Assembly: GCA_963744995.1 (NCBI GenBank)
Contig: CAVUWA010000009.1
Span: forward strand, 388,392 to 452,391
DNA length: 64,000 nt
From: Candidatus Eiseniibacteriota bacterium
GTDB taxonomy: Bacteria > Eisenbacteria > RBG-16-71-46
Direction: 5' to 3'
Below, piece after piece: positions 38,712 through 47,298 of this stretch. Position 1 is the first letter of the stretch. Every line of letters starts with the position of its first letter. Position numbers and translations under genes: made by a program. The notes under the pieces were generated by a model. That model was not told the origin of the DNA and made no database searches. It saw only the letters and a list, made by a program, of their open reading frames with translations.

Positions 38712-40523
38712 GTGACCCTACGCTCGTCGCTCCTCGTCTCGCTTGCCGCCATGTCGTTCGCCATTCCCGCCGCCGCCGAGCGCGTTCCGACGCTCGGCCC
38801 GGACGCGCTCCTGCCGGGGCAGCAGGCCGAGGTCCGCACCGTGTTCGCCGGAGGGCGGATCGAGTCGTTCGACGCCGAGATCCTGGGTGTGCTGCGCGGC
38901 GGTCGGGCCGCGGGCGACATGATCCTCGCGCGCGCCACCTCGGAGCGGGTGGTGAAGAGCGGCATCGCCGCCGGCATGAGCGGCTCCCCCGTGTACGTGA
39001 ACGGTCGCCTGATCGGCGCGCTGTCGAGCGGCTGGCCGTTCTCGCGCGATCCGATCTTCGGGATCACGCCGATCGGCGAGATGCTCGACGTCCTCCATCA
39101 CGCCGAGGTCCCGGGCGACGGTGCGAGCGCCGGCCCGGCCGGCGTGTCGCCGTCCGCCGCGACCCCGCGCTATCGGGAGATGCGCTGGCCCGGGACGGAG
39201 GATCAGGCGCTGCCGGAGGCGCAGGTGCAGGCGCAGGCCGGCGCGGCGGATGGAGCCAGCCTGGCGCCGCTGCCCCTGCCGCTCGTCGGCGTCGGACTGC
39301 CCCCCGCCGCCCTTGCCTTCGCACGGCGTTCGCTCGCGCCCTTCCACATGGACGTCGTCCCGGGCGGCATGGGAGGCACGGGGAGCGCCGACAGTCTGCG
39401 TCCGGGGTCCGCGGTCGCCGTGGATCTCATGCGCGGGGATCTGCTGCTCTCGGCCATCGGAACGCTCACCTGGCGCGACGGCGATCGGGTGCTGATCTTC
39501 GGCCACCCGTTCTTCCAGGCCGGCGCCGTGCGGATGCCGCTCTCGACGGCCGAGATCACCACCGTCGTGGCGAGCGACCTGAATTCGTTCAAGCTCGGCG
39601 TCACCGGCCGTGAGGTCGGCGTGGTGGATCAGGACCGGCGCGCCGCGGTCGCGGGACGCATCGGCGCGCGCGCGCGGCTCCTGCCGATGCGGGTGACCGT
39701 GCGCTGGCCGGACCGCGCGCCCCAGACCTTCCACTACGAGACGGTCGAGGACCGCACGATCGCACCCACGCTGATGACGGTGGCCACGCTCACGAGCCTG
39801 CTCGAAGCGGGCGGCAACGCCGCCAACCAGACCCTGGCGTGGCGGCTGACCCTGCATCGCCACGGTCAGGGACCGTTCGTCCTCGAGGACGTGTTCGCCG
39901 GCGCGTCGCCGCCTGCGACCGTGGCACAGCGCGCCGTGCAGCCGCTCCAGTACCTGTTCGGAAACCCGTTCGAACCGCTGGCGCTCGACAGCGTGGCGCT
40001 CGAGGTGGACGTCACGCCCGGGCGCAAACGACTGACCCTCGAACGCGCGGTGCTGCTCACGCCGATCGTGCGGCCCGGAGGCACCGTGCGCGTCCGCTGC
40101 GCCCTCGACGCGTGGCGCGGCGCAGAGGCTTCGCGGACGCTCGAGCTGCACGTGCCCGATGACGCCCCGCCCGGGCGCTACGATCTCTGGGTCGGCGGCG
40201 GCCACGAGTTGTCGGCGTTCTCCGCGGAGCGGCGACCGGGCCACTTCCAGCCGGCCTCGCTCGCGGAGGCCTGGCGCCGCCTCGCCGAGCTGCCGCCCTC
40301 CGACGGCCTGCACGCCGTCCTGATCGCGTCCACTTCCGAGTGGAGCATCGCGGGGAGGGACTATCCGGGCCTGCCTGCGTCCGCACGCGCCATGCTGACC
40401 GTTCCCGGGGGCTCCGGCGCGCAGGAGGGCGCATCGTGGCTCGCCGAGACCCGGGCGCCCGTGGACGGTTCGCTCTCGGGCCAGGCCATGCTCAAGGTGA
40501 CCGTCGAAGACCGTGTTCCCTGA
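38712..40523 (+). CDS. Secreted serine peptidase, S55 (SpoIVB)-like
   Basis: Signal peptide MTLRSSLLVSLAAMSFAIPAAA. GMSGSPVYVNGRLIGAL catalytic-serine motif. Confidence 0.6.
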   Translation: MTLRSSLLVSLAAMSFAIPAAAERVPTLGPDALLPGQQAEVRTVFAGGRIESFDAEILGVLRGGRAAGDMILARATSERVVKSGIAAGMSGSPVYVNGRLIGALSSGWPFSRDPIFGITPIGEMLDVLHHAEVPGDGASAGPAGVSPSAATPRYREMRWPGTEDQALPEAQVQAQAGAADGASLAPLPLPLVGVGLPPAALAFARRSLAPFHMDVVPGGMGGTGSADSLRPGSAVAVDLMRGDLLLSAIGTLTWRDGDRVLIFGHPFFQAGAVRMPLSTAEITTVVASDLNSFKLGVTGREVGVVDQDRRAAVAGRIGARARLLPMRVTVRWPDRAPQTFHYETVEDRTIAPTLMTVATLTSLLEAGGNAANQTLAWRLTLHRHGQGPFVLEDVFAGASPPATVAQRAVQPLQYLFGNPFEPLALDSVALEVDVTPGRKRLTLERAVLLTPIVRPGGTVRVRCALDAWRGAEASRTLELHVPDDAPPGRYDLWVGGGHELSAFSAERRPGHFQPASLAEAWRRLAELPPSDGLHAVLIASTSEWSIAGRDYPGLPASARAMLTVPGGSGAQEGASWLAETRAPVDGSLSGQAMLKVTVEDRVP

Positions 40524-40542
40524 CCGACGAGGAGTCGCTACC

Positions 40543-42690
40543 GTGAAACGTTCCGCCGCCCGCTCGTTCCGCCGCGCGCCCGTGGTGCGCACTGCTGTGC
40601 TGCTCCTAGCCGCGGCCGTGGCGGCCGGAGGGGCGCCCCCGGCACGTGCGGCCACGACCCAGTGGTGGACGACGGCCGCTTCGGCCGACTACGCCGGGGC
40701 CGAGACCCACGGGCTCGTCGTGGATCCCGACGGCGTCATCACGCTGGGTCCTGCGGCCGAGTCGTTTCCGGTGGACTCGCTCGAGGTGGTGTGGTCGGCG
40801 GCGGTGCTGGCCGATGGCCGCGTCGCCCTCGGCGGCGACGGCGGTCGCATCGTGCGCTGGAGTCGCGGCCGGGGCGCGGCGCCGTGGGTCACGCTGCCCG
40901 TGGGTCAGGTGCTGTCCCTGCTCGCGGACGGCGACGATCTCATCGCCGGCACGGGCCCCGACGGGCTCGTCTACCGGATTCGCGCCAACGGCGACACCGC
41001 CATGATTGCGGCCACCGGCGAGCGCTACGTATGGGCGCTGGCACCCGCCGGAAGGGCCGGCTGGTTCGCGGGCACGGGACCGCACGGCCGCGTGCTGCGC
41101 ATCGGCCGGGACGGGAAGCGTCGCGTCCTCCTCGACACCGACGAGCAGAACATCGTGAGCCTGATCGCCGACGGCAAAGGCGGCGCGATCGCGGGCGGCG
41201 ACACCCACGGCCGCGTCATCGCGCTCACCGCGGACGGCGCGGCGCGTACGCTCTACGACGCGGAGGAGGACGAGATCCGCGGCCTCGCGCTCGGCCCCGA
41301 CGGCGCCGTCTACGCGGCCGCGCTGAGCGCGAAGGCGGTGGAGAACGCAGGCGACGACGACGACGCGCCGCCGCGACCCACCCGCCGGCCCGCGTCGCAC
41401 GAGGGCGCCCACGTCTACCGCATCGTTCCCGACAGCCTCGCGGCGCTGTGGTGGACCGCACCGGACCCGATCGTGTTCGCACTCGCCGGCACGCGTGACG
41501 GCGTCGTCGCCGCCACGGGTCATCGCGCCGGGCTGTTCGTGATCCAGGGAGCAGGGCGCGCGTCCCGCTGGCTCTCGCCCCCGGAAGCGCAGGTCACCGC
41601 GCTGGCCCGGGACGGGGCGGGCACGCTCTACGCGGCGACCTCCAATCCGGCGCGGCTCTGGGAAGTGCGTCCCGGGGCCGGTCGCAGCGGCGAGCTCCTT
41701 GCGCCGGTGCTCGACGCACAACGCATCGCCCGCTTCGGCCGGATCCGCTGGTTCGGACGCAGTGGCGGCGCACGCATCGAGCTCGACACCCGCAGCGGCA
41801 ACGCGGCGGAGCCGGACACGACGTGGAGCCCGTGGTCGGGAGGCGCCGCGACCGACGCGGGACGCATGGTCGAGGCGCCGCCCGCACGATATCTGCAGTG
41901 GCGCCTCCGGCTCACCGGGGGCGACCCGCGCATCGAGTCGGTCGAAGTGTCGTGGCGCGAGAACAACGTTCCGCCCGAGGTCGCCGGCGTGCGGATCGCC
42001 GCGCCGGCGGAAGGGTTCCGCGAGGGACGTCTTTCGCCGCGCACCGAGCCGGTGACGCAGGAGCTGCCCGGCGGCCGGCGCGTGGAGTTCTCGCTCAAGC
42101 GCCGCTCCGACGAGGCGGATCTGCAGGCGCTGCCGCTCTGGGCGCAGGGCCTGCGCAGCGTGCAGTGGAGCGCCGCCGACCCGAACGACGATCCGCTCAC
42201 CTACCGGATCGACGTGGCGCGTGAAGGCGACGACACCTGGCTCCCCGTGACCCGCGACCTCGGCGATTCGGTCTACGTGTGGGACACCCACTCGGTGCCG
42301 GACGGACGCTACCGCCTGCGGGTGACGGCGTCCGACGTGGCCGGCAACGCGGTGGGTGAGGAGCGCGAGGGGTTCGCGGTAGGGCCGGTGTTCACGGTCG
42401 ACAACACGCCGCCCGAGTTCACCTCGCTCGAGGTCACCGGCGGCGCCGGCCGCATCCTCGTGAAGGGTGCCGCAAGTGACGCGAACCCGGTGGCGCGCAT
42501 CGAGGTGGCGGTGGACCAGGACGACTGGCGCGCCGTCACGCCCGCGCGCGGGCTCGACGACGATGCGCGGCCGGCGTTCGAGGCGACGCTCCGGAGCGTC
42601 GCCCCCGGCGCGCATGCCGTGACCGTGCGGATCGTGGACCGCGCCGGGAACTTCGCCGTGCGCGCCGCGCGCGCCACGGTGACGCGCTGA
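40543..42690 (+). CDS. Secreted beta-propeller-like repeat protein with C-terminal Ig/FN3-like domain
   Basis: GTG start with gaggag RBS. Signal-like VKRSAARSFRRAPVVRTAVLLLAAAVAAGGAPPARA. Repeated GxDGxV motifs. C-terminal YRLRVTASDVAGN. Confidence 0.55.
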   Translation: MKRSAARSFRRAPVVRTAVLLLAAAVAAGGAPPARAATTQWWTTAASADYAGAETHGLVVDPDGVITLGPAAESFPVDSLEVVWSAAVLADGRVALGGDGGRIVRWSRGRGAAPWVTLPVGQVLSLLADGDDLIAGTGPDGLVYRIRANGDTAMIAATGERYVWALAPAGRAGWFAGTGPHGRVLRIGRDGKRRVLLDTDEQNIVSLIADGKGGAIAGGDTHGRVIALTADGAARTLYDAEEDEIRGLALGPDGAVYAAALSAKAVENAGDDDDAPPRPTRRPASHEGAHVYRIVPDSLAALWWTAPDPIVFALAGTRDGVVAATGHRAGLFVIQGAGRASRWLSPPEAQVTALARDGAGTLYAATSNPARLWEVRPGAGRSGELLAPVLDAQRIARFGRIRWFGRSGGARIELDTRSGNAAEPDTTWSPWSGGAATDAGRMVEAPPARYLQWRLRLTGGDPRIESVEVSWRENNVPPEVAGVRIAAPAEGFREGRLSPRTEPVTQELPGGRRVEFSLKRRSDEADLQALPLWAQGLRSVQWSAADPNDDPLTYRIDVAREGDDTWLPVTRDLGDSVYVWDTHSVPDGRYRLRVTASDVAGNAVGEEREGFAVGPVFTVDNTPPEFTSLEVTGGAGRILVKGAASDANPVARIEVAVDQDDWRAVTPARGLDDDARPAFEATLRSVAPGAHAVTVRIVDRAGNFAVRAARATVTR

Positions 42691-42700
42691 CCAGGCCACC

Positions 42701-44035
42701 GTGCCCGATCGGCGGCCGCCGCTCAGGCTGATCGAAGGGGGCGGCCGCCCGCGGCCGCCGTGGGCCGCGGCGCTCGAGCTCGCCGCGCTCGGCGCGGGAG
42801 TGACGTTCACGATGGCGCTGATCGGCGCCATGCCCGGCGCCTGGCAGCGGCTCGGCGCCGTGCAGGCGCTGGCCGCGGCCGGGTTCGCCTTCCTCGCGCT
42901 CGCGCTGCTGAGGCTCGAGCGCTACGCGCAGGTGCCGCGCGCCGGCATGATCGTGCTGGCGGTCGCGCTCGCGGCGCGGGTGCCGCTGCTGTTCGCGCCG
43001 CCGGCGCTCTCGGACGACATCTACCGCTACGTGTGGGAAGGGCGGGTGATCGCCCACGGCGGCAATCCCTACACGCAGGCGCCCGCCGACCCCGCCCTGG
43101 CCGGCCTGCGCGACCGTACGATCCATCCGCACGTCAACCACCCGGAGCTCGCCACCATCTACCCGCCGCTGGCCGAGGCCGGGTTCGCGCTCGTCGCGCG
43201 GCTGTCCCCGACGGTGAGCGCGATGAAGGTCTGGGTGGCGCTGCACGATCTGCTGCTGGTCTGCGTGCTGATCCTGCTGCTGCGCCGCGAGGGCGCGAGC
43301 GAGGTGGCCGCGATCGCCTACGCCTGGAATCCTCTGGTGATCGTGGAGTACGCCGGCAGCGGCCACAACGATCCGACCGCGATGCTGTGGCTGGCGCTCG
43401 CCTGGTTGTGGCTCAGGCGCCGCCCGGCGCTGTCGGCGGCGGCGCTGGCGGCGGGCGTGCTCGTGAAGCTCGCTCCGCTGGTGACGCTGCCGCTGTTCGT
43501 CAGACGCTGGCCGTGGCGGGCGCGACTCATCGCCTGCGGAGGGCTCACGGCGGGGCTCGGCCTGTTCTGGCGGCTCACCCGCGGCAGCGACTCGGGACTC
43601 ACGGCGTACTGGGAGCGCTGGCGCAACAACGAGTTCGTCTTCCACCTGCTCGAGCGCGGACTCGGCTTCGCGCACGCGCGGCTCGCGGCGCTCGCGCTGG
43701 TGGGCGCAGCGGTGTTCTGGGCGCTCTGGCGGCGGCGTGAAGTGATCGCCGGTTCGCGCCTCGTGCTGCGCGTGGCGACCGTGGTCGCACCGGTCGTGCA
43801 CCCCTGGTACCTGGGCTGGGTGATGATGTGCGAGCCGTTCGGGCCATCGGCGCCGTGGGGTTTGCTTTCCCTGACGGCGTTCCTAAACTACGGCGTCTTG
43901 AGCACGCCCGCGGAGGGACGTGCGTTCCACCTGCCGCTGGCCTGGCGCGCGGTCGAGTACGGTCTGCCGCTGCTGCTCGCCGCGGCGATCGCGATCGTGC
44001 GGCGCGTGCGCGCACGACCGCCGGAAGGACGCTGA
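42701..44035 (+). CDS. Integral membrane glycosyltransferase-like protein (DUF2029 / GT87 PimE-like)
   Basis: Polytopic. SDDIYRYVWEGRVIAHGGNPY hallmark of DUF2029 mannosyltransferase-like proteins. Confidence 0.65.
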   Translation: MPDRRPPLRLIEGGGRPRPPWAAALELAALGAGVTFTMALIGAMPGAWQRLGAVQALAAAGFAFLALALLRLERYAQVPRAGMIVLAVALAARVPLLFAPPALSDDIYRYVWEGRVIAHGGNPYTQAPADPALAGLRDRTIHPHVNHPELATIYPPLAEAGFALVARLSPTVSAMKVWVALHDLLLVCVLILLLRREGASEVAAIAYAWNPLVIVEYAGSGHNDPTAMLWLALAWLWLRRRPALSAAALAAGVLVKLAPLVTLPLFVRRWPWRARLIACGGLTAGLGLFWRLTRGSDSGLTAYWERWRNNEFVFHLLERGLGFAHARLAALALVGAAVFWALWRRREVIAGSRLVLRVATVVAPVVHPWYLGWVMMCEPFGPSAPWGLLSLTAFLNYGVLSTPAEGRAFHLPLAWRAVEYGLPLLLAAAIAIVRRVRARPPEGR

Positions 44036-44038
44036 CGC

Positions 44039-46024
44039 ATGTACCGCACACTCCTCACCGCCGTGCGCGCGGAAGCGTCCGGAGCCCGGGCGCTCGAGAC
44101 CATCCGCGCGCTGGGACACTTTCATCGCATCCAGGCCAGCCCGGGCTACGACGCGGCGGCGGCGTGGATGGCCGACGCGATCGTGGATGCGGGCCTCGAG
44201 CCGGTAATCGAGCGGGTGCCGGGGGACGGCAGGACCCGCGCACTCGGCATCCTGCTGCCGCGCGGCTGGGTCCTCGAACACGGCCACGCCAGCCTGCGCG
44301 CCGCCGGCGGGCGCGAGCTTCTGTGCGACGCGGAGGCGGAGCCGCTCGCGGTCATCCAGCGCAGTGCGCCCCTCGCCGGTGTCTTTCCGCTGGTCGCAGT
44401 CCCGGCCGGCGGCGGCACTGCCGCCGACTACGCAGGGGTGGACGTGCGCGGGAAGATCGTGCTGACCGATGCCCCGGTGCATGCGGTGCTCGCCCACGCC
44501 GTGATCGAGCGCGGCGCGGCCGGAATCCTCACGTACGGACGCCGGCTGTTCCCCCCGGTCCGCGCCGCGCACGACGACGAGGACGCGCTGCCCTACACGT
44601 CGTTCTGGTGGACGCCCGCCATGCCGCGCGGCGCCGGATTCGTCGTGAGTCCGGCCACCGGCCGGCGGCTCGCCGCGCAGCTGGCGGCGGGGCAGGCGCT
44701 CGAGCTCGAGGCCGATCTCGCCTCGCGCGAATACGACACGAGGATCCCCCTGCTGTCGGCTTCGATCCCGGGCCGCGGAGCCGAGGAGATCCTGCTGCTC
44801 GCGCATCTCTGCCATCCGCAGCCCGGCGCGAACGACAACGCCTCCGGCGCGGCGGCGTTGCTCGAGGCGGCGCGCGTGCTCGAGGCGCTGCGCAGGAGCG
44901 GGGCGTGGACACCGGGCGAGCGCGGCGTGCGCTTCCTGTGGATGCCGGAACTGTGCGGCACCGCCGCGTGGCTCGGGCTGGATCGCGAGCGTGCCCGGCG
45001 CACCGTCGCGGCGCTCAATCTCGACATGGTCGGCGCGGACCAGATGCAGTGCGGGAGCACGCTGCTGGTGGAGGATCCGCCGTGCTTCAACGCCTCGTTC
45101 GCCGAGGCCCTGCTGCGCGCGATCCGTCGGGATGCGCAGGACTGGATCACGTCGTACGCGGGGCCCGGCCATTTTTCGATGATGCGGCTCGGCGAAGTGC
45201 CGTACGGCGGCGGCAGCGATCACGCGGTGCTCGGCGATCCGCTCGTCGGCGTGCCCTGCCCGATGCTGATCCAGTGGCCGGACCGCTACTACCACTCCTC
45301 CCACGACACCCCGGACCGCTGCGACCCGGACTCGCTCGCGCTCGCGGTGCGCTGCGCCGCCACCTATGCGGGGGCGCTCGCGGCACTCGATGCGGGCGGC
45401 GTCCCCGATCTCGTCGAGCGCGTCGGACGCGACGCGCGGCGCCGGGTGCTCGAGGCCGCAGGGCGCGACGCGGCGCCGCACGGCGTCACGCGTGCGATGG
45501 TCGCGGGCCGTGCCGCGCTGGCTTCGCTCGCGCGCCTCGCCGACGAGCCGGCGCGGATCGCGGCGGCGCTGGCGCGCTTCGACGAATTCTGCGCTGCCGA
45601 GGGGGCGCCGCCGCCGCCGCCGCCGCCGCGCGGCCTGCGGGCGGAAGCGACCCCGGCGGCCGCCTGCTTCAGGCGCCGCGTGGCGGGGCCGCTCGAATTC
45701 CTCAACCATCTCCTGCCCGGCTACGACGCGCTCGACGCGGAGGCACGGCCTGGTCTCGACGCGCTCATCGCGGGCCTGCCGGGCGGGCGCGCGACCCTCG
45801 ACGTCGCGTGGGCGGCCGCGGACGGCCGCCGCAATCTGGAGGAGGTCGCCGCCGCGGTGCGGGTGGAGACCGGCCTCGACGTCGCCGTGGCCGCGCCTGC
45901 GGACGGAGCGGCCACGGGGCTTCTCGAACTCTTCACGATGCTCGAGCGACTCGGCCTGGTGTCGCGCTCGCCCGAGACGGAGGTCCGGTGGAATCTCGGC
46001 GCACCCGATACGGTCACGTCCTGA
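44039..46024 (+). CDS. M28-family aminopeptidase-like protein (DUF4910-type)
   Basis: LLLAHLCHPQPGANDNASGAAALLE and HSSHDTPD motifs. Confidence 0.65.
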   Translation: MYRTLLTAVRAEASGARALETIRALGHFHRIQASPGYDAAAAWMADAIVDAGLEPVIERVPGDGRTRALGILLPRGWVLEHGHASLRAAGGRELLCDAEAEPLAVIQRSAPLAGVFPLVAVPAGGGTAADYAGVDVRGKIVLTDAPVHAVLAHAVIERGAAGILTYGRRLFPPVRAAHDDEDALPYTSFWWTPAMPRGAGFVVSPATGRRLAAQLAAGQALELEADLASREYDTRIPLLSASIPGRGAEEILLLAHLCHPQPGANDNASGAAALLEAARVLEALRRSGAWTPGERGVRFLWMPELCGTAAWLGLDRERARRTVAALNLDMVGADQMQCGSTLLVEDPPCFNASFAEALLRAIRRDAQDWITSYAGPGHFSMMRLGEVPYGGGSDHAVLGDPLVGVPCPMLIQWPDRYYHSSHDTPDRCDPDSLALAVRCAATYAGALAALDAGGVPDLVERVGRDARRRVLEAAGRDAAPHGVTRAMVAGRAALASLARLADEPARIAAALARFDEFCAAEGAPPPPPPPRGLRAEATPAAACFRRRVAGPLEFLNHLLPGYDALDAEARPGLDALIAGLPGGRATLDVAWAAADGRRNLEEVAAAVRVETGLDVAVAAPADGAATGLLELFTMLERLGLVSRSPETEVRWNLGAPDTVTS

Positions 46025-46422
46025 GGCTCGACCCCGGCGAGGACATCGTCCAGGCTCTCGCGGACTTCGCCGGACGCGAAGGCGTTCGCGGCGGCATGAT
46101 CAGCGGGATCGGCGCCGTCGGCGAGGTCGAACTGGGGTTCTTCGATCCGGCTCGCGAGGTCTACGAGCGCCGCACGTTCCGCGGCGACCACGAGATCGGC
46201 GCGCTCACCGGCAATTTCAGCATGCTCGAGGGCCGGCCGTTCCCGCACTGCCACATCGTCATCGCCGGGCCCGATTTCGTCGCGCACACGGGCCATCTGT
46301 TCCGCGGTCAGGTGTCCGTGACATGTGAAATCCACGTCACGGTCGAGCCGGACCCCATTCTGCGCGTCCGGATCGAGGGCAGCGCTTTCGCGCCGCTCAG
46401 CCCGCGACCGAGACCGGGCTGA
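45988..46422 (+). CDS. PPC (DUF296) domain protein
   Basis: RLDPGEDIVQALADFAGREGVRGGMISGIGAV...FPHCHIV pattern. GTG 45988 start is inferred and overlaps the previous gene. Confidence 0.55.
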   Translation: MESRRTRYGHVLRLDPGEDIVQALADFAGREGVRGGMISGIGAVGEVELGFFDPAREVYERRTFRGDHEIGALTGNFSMLEGRPFPHCHIVIAGPDFVAHTGHLFRGQVSVTCEIHVTVEPDPILRVRIEGSAFAPLSPRPRPG

Positions 46423-46432
46423 GCGCCGCGTG

Positions 46433-47230
46433 CTATACTGCGGCGCTTCCGCGCATGCCCTGCGTGCCGGATGATTCGGCATCGCGGCGCGCGACGACTC
46501 CCCAGTGGCGGCCCGTACGGCCCGCGTCGCGACGATGCGAGAAATACCATTCCGGAGTGCAGGCGGTGCAGGCGGAAGCCTCGTAGAGGGCGGCCGCCGC
46601 GACGCCCGCATCCATCAGCTGAACGCGAATCGCGGTGGGAAGATCCAGATGATGCCGGGAATTCACCAGAGTGACGGCGGCCGCCGGGAAGAGGCGCGCG
46701 ACTTCCGCCCCGACCTCGTAGCAGCAGCCGCCGATGCACGGTCCCACGGCGACGCGCAGGGCGCCGGCGCTCATGCCGGCGCGGCGGGCGAGCGCCCCTG
46801 CGGCGAGCGCCGGCAGCCGCAGCGCGGCGCCGCGCCAGCCGGCGTGCACGGCCGCCACCCATTCCCCCGCGACGAACACGACCGGGGCGCAGTCGGCCGC
46901 GGTCACGGCCAGCGCGAGGCCGGGCGCACGGGTCATGAGGGCGTCGCACTCCGGGACGTGGCCGGGGCCGAAGACCTCGGCGATGCGGTCCCCGTGCACC
47001 TGGCCGGCGGTCGCGACCCGCGCGGGATCGAGGGTCAGCGCACGCAACAGGCGACCGCGGTTCTTCTGAACCAGGGCGGGATCGTCCTCGGTCGAACGGC
47101 CGAGATTCAAAGTGTCGAAAGGCGGGGGGCTCACGCCACCCCGGCGGGTCGAGAAGCCGTACACGGCGTCCGGATCCGGCGTTCGCGGCCGCCAGCAGGG
47201 AACGAGCGATGCGTCATCGAGATGCAGCAT
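46433..47230 (-). CDS. pgeF: Peptidoglycan editing factor PgeF (YfiH/DUF152 laccase-domain protein)
   Basis: GGVSPPPFDTLNLG, TADCAPVVF, HAGWRG and GPCIGGCCYEVG motifs. Confidence 0.85.
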   Translation of the reverse strand: MLHLDDASLVPCWRPRTPDPDAVYGFSTRRGGVSPPPFDTLNLGRSTEDDPALVQKNRGRLLRALTLDPARVATAGQVHGDRIAEVFGPGHVPECDALMTRAPGLALAVTAADCAPVVFVAGEWVAAVHAGWRGAALRLPALAAGALARRAGMSAGALRVAVGPCIGGCCYEVGAEVARLFPAAAVTLVNSRHHLDLPTAIRVQLMDAGVAAAALYEASACTACTPEWYFSHRRDAGRTGRHWGVVARRDAESSGTQGMRGSAAV

Positions 47231-47298
47231 GGGACGCGGACGCTAGGGATCGGGCCGGTCGCGCGTCAAGGTCATCCACGATGAGGAAGGAACACCGC

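Noticed and set aside
40606-45709. Long reverse-strand ORFs (40606-42831, 43883-45709) and alternate-frame + ORFs in the envelope cluster
   Set aside because: Low-complexity Arg/Pro/Gly-rich translations. Same-locus + strand frames carry signal peptides and conserved motifs.
43828-46422. Single 864-aa ORF spanning the M28 peptidase region and the PPC gene
   Set aside because: A frame artefact over most of its length. Only the final about 145 codons (PPC domain) are credible in that frame.
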